Assembly: GCA_041657565.1 (NCBI GenBank)
Contig: JBBABQ010000002.1
Coordinates: 1-45,277 of the forward strand
Direction: 5' to 3'
Length of the DNA stretch: 45,277 nt
Source: Minisyncoccota bacterium
Lineage (GTDB): Bacteria; Patescibacteriota; Minisyncoccia; Minisyncoccales; JAQTVQ01
The first letter of the stretch is position 1. Every line of letters starts with the position of its first letter. The position numbers were made by a program, and so were the translations under genes. Under the pieces are notes generated by a model. The model saw only the letters and a list, made by a program, of their open reading frames with translations, did not search any database and had not been told where the DNA came from. Positions 1-7,296 of the stretch are shown here, piece by piece.

Positions 1-1
1 A

Positions 2-841
2 TTGGAAGTCGATTCTTTAATATATAACGATGATTGTACGATGAACGCGGAAAGGTCTTGCGCGAAAATTTTGGAAATAAAACCAAGATTTATAGTGATC
101 GGCGGTTCGGTGATCTTATTTCCGCAGCCGGTAAAAGAATTGCGCGAGGCGTGCGACAAGGTCGGCGCCAAAATAATTTATGATGCGGCCCATGTTTTAG
201 GATTGATCGCGGCGGGATCGTTCCAAGATCCGTTGCGCGAAGGGGCGGATATCATCACAACCTCGACGCATAAGACATTTCCCGGTCCGCAGGGGGGAAT
301 GATCTTGGGGAATGTCGACGAGGCGACGGCAAAAAAGATCCAATCGGCGGTATTCCCGCGATTTTCTTCCAATCATCATTTGCACCGCATGCCTGCCTTA
401 TACGGCGCCTTGCGCGAAATGCAAGAATTCGGGAAAGACTATGCCGCACAGATAGTAGGCAATGCTCAGGCGCTGGCCCAGGAGCTGCATAATTGCGGTT
501 TTAATGTCTTGGCCAAAGATATCGGTTTTACCCGGTCGCATCAGGTGCTGGTGAATTGCGGCGAACCGGGATCCGGAGGCATAGCCGCCGAAAAATTGGA
601 GCAAGCCAATATTATTTTGAATAAGAACATTATCCCGGGAGACGGCATCAACCCCAAGAATCCCCGAGGCATCCGCATCGGCGTCCAGGAGATGACGCGT
701 TTCGGGATGAAAGAACCGGAGATGAAGCAGATAGCGAAATTTATAAAAGAGGTCGTTCTTGACGGCCGCGATCCCAAGGAGGTAGGCAAAGAAGTTTCCG
801 ATTTCCGCAAGAACTACCAAACAGCGAGGTATTGTTTCTAA
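2..841 (+). CDS. glyA: serine hydroxymethyltransferase, C-terminal ~279 aa (5' end outside window)
   Basis: The ORF is open from the window edge. The translation has the SHMT PLP-lysine loop 'TSTHKTFPGPQGG' and an SHMT-like C-terminal domain. Confidence 0.9.
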   Translation: MEVDSLIYNDDCTMNAERSCAKILEIKPRFIVIGGSVILFPQPVKELREACDKVGAKIIYDAAHVLGLIAAGSFQDPLREGADIITTSTHKTFPGPQGGMILGNVDEATAKKIQSAVFPRFSSNHHLHRMPALYGALREMQEFGKDYAAQIVGNAQALAQELHNCGFNVLAKDIGFTRSHQVLVNCGEPGSGGIAAEKLEQANIILNKNIIPGDGINPKNPRGIRIGVQEMTRFGMKEPEMKQIAKFIKEVVLDGRDPKEVGKEVSDFRKNYQTARYCF

Positions 842-870
842 AATAGTCCATTAAGGATATTTCAAAAATC

Positions 871-898
871 GCCCCGCAAGCGTGCGGGGCGGTTTTTT
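871..898. terminator. bidirectional rho-independent terminator
   Basis: Perfect 8-bp stem GCCCCGCA/TGCGGGGC with an AGCG loop. A T-run follows on + and an A-run precedes it (a T-run on -). It lies between convergent genes. Confidence 0.8.
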
Positions 899-960
899 GT
901 TCGGATGGGTCCGGCTTCCTTTTTTACGCCGTCTTTTTTCAAAAAAAGAGGGCCAGTTTT

Positions 961-1158
961 TTAATGTTGCTGGCCCAGGAAGGCGGAAAATATTAGTAAA
1001 AGAGCGAATATCGCTGCCATCACGAAAGGCAGAGACAGGTCAAAATATTTCCAGTCCTTCCATTTTCTCAGATACTTCAAAACCTTTTCCAAGATAATGC
1101 TTTCTTGGATCTTTTTTACCATATCCGCCGCTATCCGTACGCTTTTCATTTCCGACAT
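961..1158 (-). CDS. small membrane protein, unknown function (65 aa)
   Basis: AGGAGG sits 8 nt upstream of the ATG (CCTCCT at 1167-1172 on +). The N-half is charged, followed by one hydrophobic helix 'LPFVMAAIFALLLIFSAFL'. Confidence 0.55.
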   Translation of the reverse strand: MSEMKSVRIAADMVKKIQESIILEKVLKYLRKWKDWKYFDLSLPFVMAAIFALLLIFSAFLGQQH

Positions 1159-1295
1159 TTTTTGAGCCTCCTGATGTTTTCCTTAGAATAATTTATTGCG
1201 GCCGGTTTTGTCAAATTTTGGCCCTTCAGCTTTTTAAGAGAGCCTTTTTATTGAAAAAGATATTTACTTAAAATCCCTGTTTTTTGCTATAATGG

Positions 1296-1304
1296 GGGCA
1301 GGTC
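1296..1304 (+). promoter_or_regulatory. candidate extended -10 promoter element (TGcTATAAT)
   Basis: TGCTATAAT lies 37 nt upstream of the 1341 ATG. No good -35 is present. Confidence 0.35.
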
Positions 1305-1340
1305 GGATAATCAGTAAATTTTAATATTTGAACAATAAAT

Positions 1341-2117
1341 ATGGAACAAGAGATCCAAGAAACAAAAAAAGCGGAATTCGCGCCGAAGATCTTTATCGCG
1401 ATCGTTGTTTTGGCGGGGATATTTTTGGCTATCAAGGCAGCGGATGTTTTCGTAGCTTACGAAGGGCTGGCGAAGAACGCCGCTAAAGAGATCGCGGTCA
1501 GCGCAAGCGGCCAAGCTTTCATCGTTCCCGATGTCGCGCTGGTCCGGTTGGGCGTAACGACGGAAGGAGACGACATAGCGAAGATCACTTCGGAGAACAC
1601 GGACAAAATGAACAAGATCATCGAAGAAGTGAAGGCGTCGGGAGTGGAAGAAAAAGATATAAAAACGGTGAATTACAGCCTGTCCCCCAGATACGATTAC
1701 GTCAGAGGGACGAGAGTATCCAAGGGCTATACTCTGAGCCAGCAAATATCCATAAAAGTGAGGGATTTTGGAAAGATAGGCGAGATCATGGGAAAGGGAA
1801 CTCAGAACGGAGCTAATCTGGTCGGCGATTTTCAATTTACGATAGAAGACCAGGACAGTGCCAGAAAGGCGGCCAGAGAAGATGCCATCCAAAAAGCCAA
1901 AGCTCAAGCCGAATCGATCGCCCAGCAGACCGGGATAAAATTAGGAAGGATCGTCAATGTCTATGACGGCGGATATTCTGCGGGCGTGAATTATTACAGC
2001 GCGGCCAAATACATGGAATCCAGCGCTATGGGAGCGGCCGATGTGCCCGTCCCGTCCATCGAGGCCGGCCAGCAGGAAGTGAATATTACTATAAATTTGG
2101 TTTACGAGATAAAGTAG
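1341..2117 (+). CDS. SIMPL/DUF541-family periplasmic protein
   Basis: N-terminal TM helix followed by SIMPL-like sequence ('GYTLSQQISIKVRDFGKIGEIM', 'EDAIQKAKAQAESIAQQTGIKLGRIVNV'). Confidence 0.75.
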   Translation: MEQEIQETKKAEFAPKIFIAIVVLAGIFLAIKAADVFVAYEGLAKNAAKEIAVSASGQAFIVPDVALVRLGVTTEGDDIAKITSENTDKMNKIIEEVKASGVEEKDIKTVNYSLSPRYDYVRGTRVSKGYTLSQQISIKVRDFGKIGEIMGKGTQNGANLVGDFQFTIEDQDSARKAAREDAIQKAKAQAESIAQQTGIKLGRIVNVYDGGYSAGVNYYSAAKYMESSAMGAADVPVPSIEAGQQEVNITINLVYEIK

Positions 2118-2136
2118 CCGGCGTCCCAAAAAAGCT

Positions 2137-3378
2137 ATGAACAAAAAGAGCGTTGTTCTTTTAGTATTACTATTAATGATGGCTTTTTCCGCGATCTTAT
2201 TTTTGGTTTCTCGCGATTCATCCATCAATAATATTTCTGCCGCCGACAATCCTTCCCTTTCTTTCCTTCAATACTATGCCAAGCCGGGATCGTTCAAAAT
2301 ATCGGGAATTCGCAGCATATGTTCGAACGGCGTTCCTCAAATAACCGTCAGCTGGTCCGCCTCGAAGGGATCGGTTTCCTATACCCTCCAGCGCAAAGAC
2401 CCATTGTCCTCTAGTTGGAAAGAGATGACGGAGACCGGGAATACCGGCTATACGGACCTTGCCTTTTTCCCCGGATATTCGGCGGGAAATTATGAATATC
2501 GGGTCCAAGCGAAAAATAAATACGGGACGCGCAATTCTTCTTCTTTGGAATTCGCCGTCACTCGATGCCCTGCGCCGGTCCCCGCTCCGTCCGAAGCATC
2601 TGTCAAATGGGGAGTTTATCTCCCCGGCAGTTTGAGCGAATTTGAGTCGCAAGTCGGGAAGGAAGCGGATATGCAGGCGGTTTTCGTCGGCTGGGGGGAT
2701 GACGGGGAATTCCCGTCCGAATACGAGGGAGAGCTGGCTCGAAAAGAAAAAACCTTGGTCGTTTTTTGGGAGCCGACCGTTAATTATGACGCCATAGTCT
2801 CCGGCAAATGGGACGGATATATCCGCTCCTTCTCTGATAGCGCCAAGAGCTACGGCGGCCCGGTGATCCTAGCGCCTTTCCACGAGATGAACGGGAATTG
2901 GGACGTTTGGGACGGGACGGTCAACGGAAACACTCCCCAGAAATTCATTGGCGGATGGAGATACGTGCATAAATTTTTCGACGGTGTCTCGAACGTAAAA
3001 TTCGGGTGGGCCGTCAATAACGAGTCTGTTCCGGATACCGCCGAGAACGCGATAGGAGCTTATTACCCGGGAGATGAATACGTCGATTATATCGGGGTGG
3101 ACGGTTTTAATTTCGGGGATCCATGGCAATCTTTTTCCGAGGTCTTCGACCGGGCTTTGTCCGATGTTTCTGCCTACCGAAAGCCGGTATATATTTTTTC
3201 AATGGCTTGCGCTTCGGGACCAAAAAAAGCGGATTGGATAAAGGATGCTTTTGCCGTCCAGGTCCCCAAGCACCCTGAAGTTGCCGGATGGATCTGGTTC
3301 AATGAGAACAAGGAGGAGAATTGGCTGGTTTCTTCGGATGAAGCGTCTTTATCAGCTTTTAAGGATATCCTTCCTTAG
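2137..3378 (+). CDS. secreted/membrane-anchored glycoside hydrolase, GH26-like, with FN3-like N-terminal module
   Basis: N-terminal hydrophobic anchor and an FN3-like segment ('ITVSWSASKGSVSYTLQRK...YEYRVQAKN'). The catalytic region is GH26-like ('APFHEMNGNWDVWDG', 'YYPGDEYVDYIGVDGFN'). Confidence 0.65.
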   Translation: MNKKSVVLLVLLLMMAFSAILFLVSRDSSINNISAADNPSLSFLQYYAKPGSFKISGIRSICSNGVPQITVSWSASKGSVSYTLQRKDPLSSSWKEMTETGNTGYTDLAFFPGYSAGNYEYRVQAKNKYGTRNSSSLEFAVTRCPAPVPAPSEASVKWGVYLPGSLSEFESQVGKEADMQAVFVGWGDDGEFPSEYEGELARKEKTLVVFWEPTVNYDAIVSGKWDGYIRSFSDSAKSYGGPVILAPFHEMNGNWDVWDGTVNGNTPQKFIGGWRYVHKFFDGVSNVKFGWAVNNESVPDTAENAIGAYYPGDEYVDYIGVDGFNFGDPWQSFSEVFDRALSDVSAYRKPVYIFSMACASGPKKADWIKDAFAVQVPKHPEVAGWIWFNENKEENWLVSSDEASLSAFKDILP

Positions 3379-3423
3379 AAGAAGGATCAAAAATGGTAAT
3401 TAATTTTTTTAGTCTGATCATAT

Positions 3424-3693
3424 ATGGCAAAGCAAAATTTTAATATGGAAGAGGCTAAGGGGGCCGGGGAAGCGCTTGGCATCTCTTGGGGAGAATTCAG
3501 CGTCGACCAGTTTTGCAACGGTATGAACGTCGAGCTTGAACACGGATTTCGCGATCCGGAAACAAACGTAAGCGACGACGATCCGCTTACGACCGGGAAA
3601 ATAGCTCTGGCCCACTTGAAAGAATTTCCCGATTATTACGAGCGGCTGGAGAAAATGGAAGAGGAGGCAAAAGACCATTGGAAAAACAAATAG
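3424..3693 (+). CDS. small acidic hypothetical protein (89 aa)
   Basis: Clean ORF followed by a strong terminator. 'VELEHG...IALAHLKEFPDYYERL' resembles a small conserved DUF found in bacteria and phages (recollection only). Confidence 0.6.
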   Translation: MAKQNFNMEEAKGAGEALGISWGEFSVDQFCNGMNVELEHGFRDPETNVSDDDPLTTGKIALAHLKEFPDYYERLEKMEEEAKDHWKNK

Positions 3694-3716
3694 GATATAT
3701 TGGCATTAAAGCCGAA

Positions 3717-3741
3717 ACAGCCCCGGAAGGGGCTGTTTTTT
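3717..3741 (+). terminator. rho-independent terminator
   Basis: Stem ACAGCCCC/GGGGCTGT with a GGAA loop, then a T-run. Confidence 0.85.
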
Positions 3742-3755
3742 ATTTTTTGCGGATC

Positions 3756-3784
3756 GGCTAAAGAGCTGGTATAATGGTAAAAAT
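3756..3784 (+). promoter_or_regulatory. sigma70-like promoter for the ThyX-like gene
   Basis: TTGCGG, a 17-nt spacer, then TGgTATAAT (extended -10). This places the TSS inside the ORF-track start at 3774 and supports the ATG at 3843. Confidence 0.55.
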
Positions 3785-3842
3785 CAAAGATAAAAAATTC
3801 CCGGCCTGCGATCTTTCGAGGCCGGATATTCGCGGAAAGAAT

Positions 3843-4766
3843 ATGGATATCAAAGAAATTGCGCCGAAGATCTGGAATTTCAAGATCATAGGCGGGCAGA
3901 ACGCCTGGGAAGAAGTGGCTTACTCGGCTCGAATGAGCGGAGTGCCTCCGATCATAACGGGCGAGAATATTTTTCGAATGATCGTCGAAAACGATTATGG
4001 ATCGGCTTTGGAGCATATTATCGTGAAGTTCGATATAAAAATAAGCAAAGGCAACGCCCCTGAACTTTTAGAGCATCGCATGGCCAGCCATAGCGGATTT
4101 TCGACCAGATATCTCGAGGCCAGCAAGGGGACGGAAGCCGGCCGGCAGGAACAAGAAAATTTGCCGATGTCGTTCAAAGAAGCGGAGGAGATATACGAGA
4201 TCATCGTTCCATGGCATCTTCTTACCGGCGATCCGAAGCAAGCGGAAGAGAAAAAGAAGCTTCTGCAGGCGATCGAACAGAGCATTAATTCTTATCAATC
4301 GATGATAGCGAACGGCATTCCCAGAGAGGTTGCCCGCTATTCTTTGCCTTTTTGCAAAGCCGTCGGGATATACCACTATACGATGAACCTGCGCTCTCTT
4401 TTGAATTTCCTGTCTTTGCGTTTATGCGTGCGTGCTTCGGCCGAAATGCGCTGTATCGCCAGCCAGTTATATCTGCTTTTGGAAAGGGAGATGCCTCTGA
4501 TAAAAGGTTTTGTCGGCTGCCGAGGATTCATGTCGGGAGTGTGCCCGGAAAGCGGAGTGACAGGCGTGAGGGTCGGAAAGCCTTTGAAGTTTTATCCTCC
4601 CTGCCCTTTCTGTCCGAAAGAAAGCAGCATCTATATACCTACCCGCAAAGAATTTGCCAAAGAAGGCCGCGCCCGGGGTTTCGACAAAGAGACCGCTTAT
4701 AAGGTCCAAAAAGAGATATATACCCGCTGGGCGCAATGGGGATCTCATGATGTTCGGGACCAATAA
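3843..4766 (+). CDS. thyX: flavin-dependent thymidylate synthase (ThyX)-like protein, divergent, with Cys-rich C-terminal extension
   Basis: 'EHRMASHSGFSTRY' aligns to the ThyX motif RHRxxSxxxxSxRY. 'GIPREVARYSLP...NLRSLLNFLSLR' matches the ThyX C-terminal helices. The start was moved to the ATG at 3843, downstream of the promoter. Confidence 0.7.
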   Translation: MDIKEIAPKIWNFKIIGGQNAWEEVAYSARMSGVPPIITGENIFRMIVENDYGSALEHIIVKFDIKISKGNAPELLEHRMASHSGFSTRYLEASKGTEAGRQEQENLPMSFKEAEEIYEIIVPWHLLTGDPKQAEEKKKLLQAIEQSINSYQSMIANGIPREVARYSLPFCKAVGIYHYTMNLRSLLNFLSLRLCVRASAEMRCIASQLYLLLEREMPLIKGFVGCRGFMSGVCPESGVTGVRVGKPLKFYPPCPFCPKESSIYIPTRKEFAKEGRARGFDKETAYKVQKEIYTRWAQWGSHDVRDQ

Positions 4767-4834
4767 AAAATGATATTCAGACAAGATCTGCTTTTTGCTT
4801 TTCGCGTTCTGATGGTAAAGATCCAGAAAAATCA

Positions 4835-5470
4835 ATGACGGAAAATTTTACAAGCAAAAATATAATTCTTTACAAGGGAGACATCCCCGAGGATTTTTTC
4901 GAATGGATATCGCAGGTAAAGATCGTCGGGTGGGACATCGAGACGTCCGGCCTTGATTGGAAAAAGGAAAAGATCGGCACTTGCCAGCTTTACGCGCCCA
5001 ATAAACCCCCGGTCATAGTCAAGATCGGGAAGACAAGGCCGAGGAATCTTTGCGAATTGCTGGCCGACGAATCGGTGAAAAAGATATTCCATTACGCTTT
5101 GTTCGATCTTCGTTTTATGGCGAGCCATTGGCAGGCGGAACCGAAGAACATCGCCTGCACGAAGGTGGCGATAAAACTTCTCGATCCGAAGCACTCCAAG
5201 AAGCACAGTCTTGCCAGCTTGCTCAAAGAAAGGATGGGAGTGATAATAGACAAAGGCGAACAATGTTCGAACTGGCTTTCGCCCAAATTGACCGAAAAAC
5301 AGAAAGAATACGCCGTGAAGGACACTATCTATCTTCCGGAACTTTTGAAAAAGCTTGAAGCGGACCTGAGGTCTCAAGGTCTGCTTGACCTTGCCCGCCA
5401 ATGCTGGGACCACATACCGGCGCAGGTTCAGCTGGAGATCAGAGGCATAAAAGACGTTTTCGATTATTGA
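4835..5470 (+). CDS. 3'-5' exonuclease domain protein (DEDD/RNase D-like)
   Basis: Exo motifs 'GWDIETSGL', 'HYALFDLRFM' and 'EYAVKDTIYL'. Confidence 0.8.
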   Translation: MTENFTSKNIILYKGDIPEDFFEWISQVKIVGWDIETSGLDWKKEKIGTCQLYAPNKPPVIVKIGKTRPRNLCELLADESVKKIFHYALFDLRFMASHWQAEPKNIACTKVAIKLLDPKHSKKHSLASLLKERMGVIIDKGEQCSNWLSPKLTEKQKEYAVKDTIYLPELLKKLEADLRSQGLLDLARQCWDHIPAQVQLEIRGIKDVFDY

Positions 5471-5492
5471 TAAGCAAAAATAGGACAAAAAA

Positions 5493-5690
5493 ATGCAGGG
5501 ACAAAACAGGTTGGAGATCAGAATAGGTTTGGAAGTGGAAGTGGTTTTGAAGGCCGATCAAAGAACGGGCAGGCTGACCCGCGGCATTGTTGCGGAAATC
5601 TTGACCAGCTCTCCGTTCCATCCGCACGGGATCAAGGTCCGGCTTCAGGACGGACAAGTGGGCCGGGTCCAAAACATCATTTCGAGATAA
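5493..5690 (+). CDS. YwbE-family small protein
   Basis: 65 aa. 'RTGRLTRGIVAEILTSSPFHPHGIKVRLQDGQVGRV' is typical of YwbE/DUF2196. Confidence 0.75.
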   Translation: MQGQNRLEIRIGLEVEVVLKADQRTGRLTRGIVAEILTSSPFHPHGIKVRLQDGQVGRVQNIISR

Positions 5691-5711
5691 ATTATTTTTT
5701 AGAAAAACTTA

Positions 5712-7118
5712 ATGAAGATCACTTTTTTCGGAGCGGCCAGGAATGTGACCGGCTCGAAGCATTTGATACAGACCCAAGGGTTCAATCTGCTTTTGGATTG
5801 CGGAATGTATCAAGGGAGAAGAGACCAGTCCAACCAGTCGAACAGGACCCTTCCTTTTTCAAGCAAGGATATAAATGCCGTCATCCTTTCGCACGGGCAT
5901 GTGGACCATAGCGGGCTGCTGCCAGTTTTGGTAAAGGAGGGATTTATGGGAAGGATCTATTGCACCGGCCCGACCGCCGAGATCACGAAGTATCTTTTAG
6001 AGGATTCCGCTTCCATCCAGGAGAAGGACTGCGATTATTTTAACAGCCACCTCAGAGAAGGAGAATCTCCGATATCTCCGATCTATACCAGCAACGAAGC
6101 GGAAAGAACTTTCGCTTATTTCGAGCCGGTCTCTTATTTCAACCGGAGCAGCGAATGGACGGAACTGAATAAAAATATCCGTTTCAAATTTTATGATGCG
6201 GGACATATACTCGGATCGGCGATAACTTTTTTGGAAATAAAGGAAGGGGGAGAGACAAAGACGCTGGTTTTTACGGGAGATCTCGGAAGAGAGAACCTTC
6301 CCATTTTGCGTTCGCCGGAAGCCGTGGAGGAAAAAGCCCAAACAATGATCATGGAATGCACTTACGGGGCAAGGGTCCATCGGCCGATCGGAGAGGTGGC
6401 GGAAAGCTTGAAAGAAGCCGTCCATTTTGCCATCCGGAAAAAAAGCAAGATAATCGTTCCGGCCTTCGCGCTCGGCAGGGCTCAGGAGCTTATTTACATA
6501 ATCCATAAGCTTATAGACGAAAAATGCATCCCGAAGATCCCGATCTATTTTGACAGCCCTCTTTCCCAAAATCTTACGGCGATCTTTGCCAGATCGGCCA
6601 AATATTTCGACGAGGAGTTTTGGGAAGATTTCGGAAATCGCAGGGAAAGCCCCTTTTCTTTTGAGAATCTTCATTACGTCAGCTCTCTCGAAGAATCAAA
6701 AGCCATAAACAGGAAGCAGGGCCCTCTTATGATCATTGCCGCTTCCGGGATGGCTGAAGGCGGCAGGATATTGCACCATCTTAAAAATAGCATTGGCGAT
6801 CCGAACAGCATGGTTCTTATTACCGGTTTTCAGGCCGAGAACACCCTCGGCCGAAAGATCCTTGAAGGGGTAAGTCCGGTCAGGATATTCGGCTGGAATT
6901 ACGACGTGAGAGCCAAAGTCGCCGTGCTCAACGAGCTTAGCGCCCATGCCGATCAAAAGGACCTTTTATCGCGCGTTGAAGAGACCAACGGGTTGGAAAG
7001 ATTGTTTCTGGTCCACGCAGAGATATCCCAAGCCATGGCTTTTAAGGATCTGGCAGGGAGTTCTTTCCCCGGGCTTCCGATAGAGATCCCGGAGCTTGGG
7101 CAGACGTTCGAAGTATGA
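5712..7118 (+). CDS. MBL-fold beta-CASP ribonuclease (RNase J/CPSF-like)
   Basis: 'ILSHGHVDHSG' metallo-beta-lactamase motif, a beta-CASP-like middle region and a C-terminal 'ELSAHAD' motif. Confidence 0.85.
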   Translation: MKITFFGAARNVTGSKHLIQTQGFNLLLDCGMYQGRRDQSNQSNRTLPFSSKDINAVILSHGHVDHSGLLPVLVKEGFMGRIYCTGPTAEITKYLLEDSASIQEKDCDYFNSHLREGESPISPIYTSNEAERTFAYFEPVSYFNRSSEWTELNKNIRFKFYDAGHILGSAITFLEIKEGGETKTLVFTGDLGRENLPILRSPEAVEEKAQTMIMECTYGARVHRPIGEVAESLKEAVHFAIRKKSKIIVPAFALGRAQELIYIIHKLIDEKCIPKIPIYFDSPLSQNLTAIFARSAKYFDEEFWEDFGNRRESPFSFENLHYVSSLEESKAINRKQGPLMIIAASGMAEGGRILHHLKNSIGDPNSMVLITGFQAENTLGRKILEGVSPVRIFGWNYDVRAKVAVLNELSAHADQKDLLSRVEETNGLERLFLVHAEISQAMAFKDLAGSSFPGLPIEIPELGQTFEV

Positions 7119-7296
7119 TCTTTTGCCGCTGGAAGCTTTTCCACAGTTGATCGTTTCTCTCTATGGCGAAAGGACGGCTTTCTGGTAAAATAAATGTAAG
7201 ATCGCCGGCCGAAAATAAATTGATCGGACAGGAAAGAGAGATCGGGTGCCGGCCGTATTCTTTATTTTAAAAATAATTTTTTAAGAGGATATTTTT

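Noticed and set aside
1311-1907. 198-aa minus-strand ORF
   Set aside because: It is antisense to the SIMPL-family gene, which has recognisable family sequence. This is a shadow ORF.
4832-5488. 218-aa minus-strand ORF
   Set aside because: It is antisense to the DEDD exonuclease gene, which has clear Exo motifs.
5997-6674. 225-aa minus-strand ORF
   Set aside because: It is antisense to the beta-CASP RNase gene.
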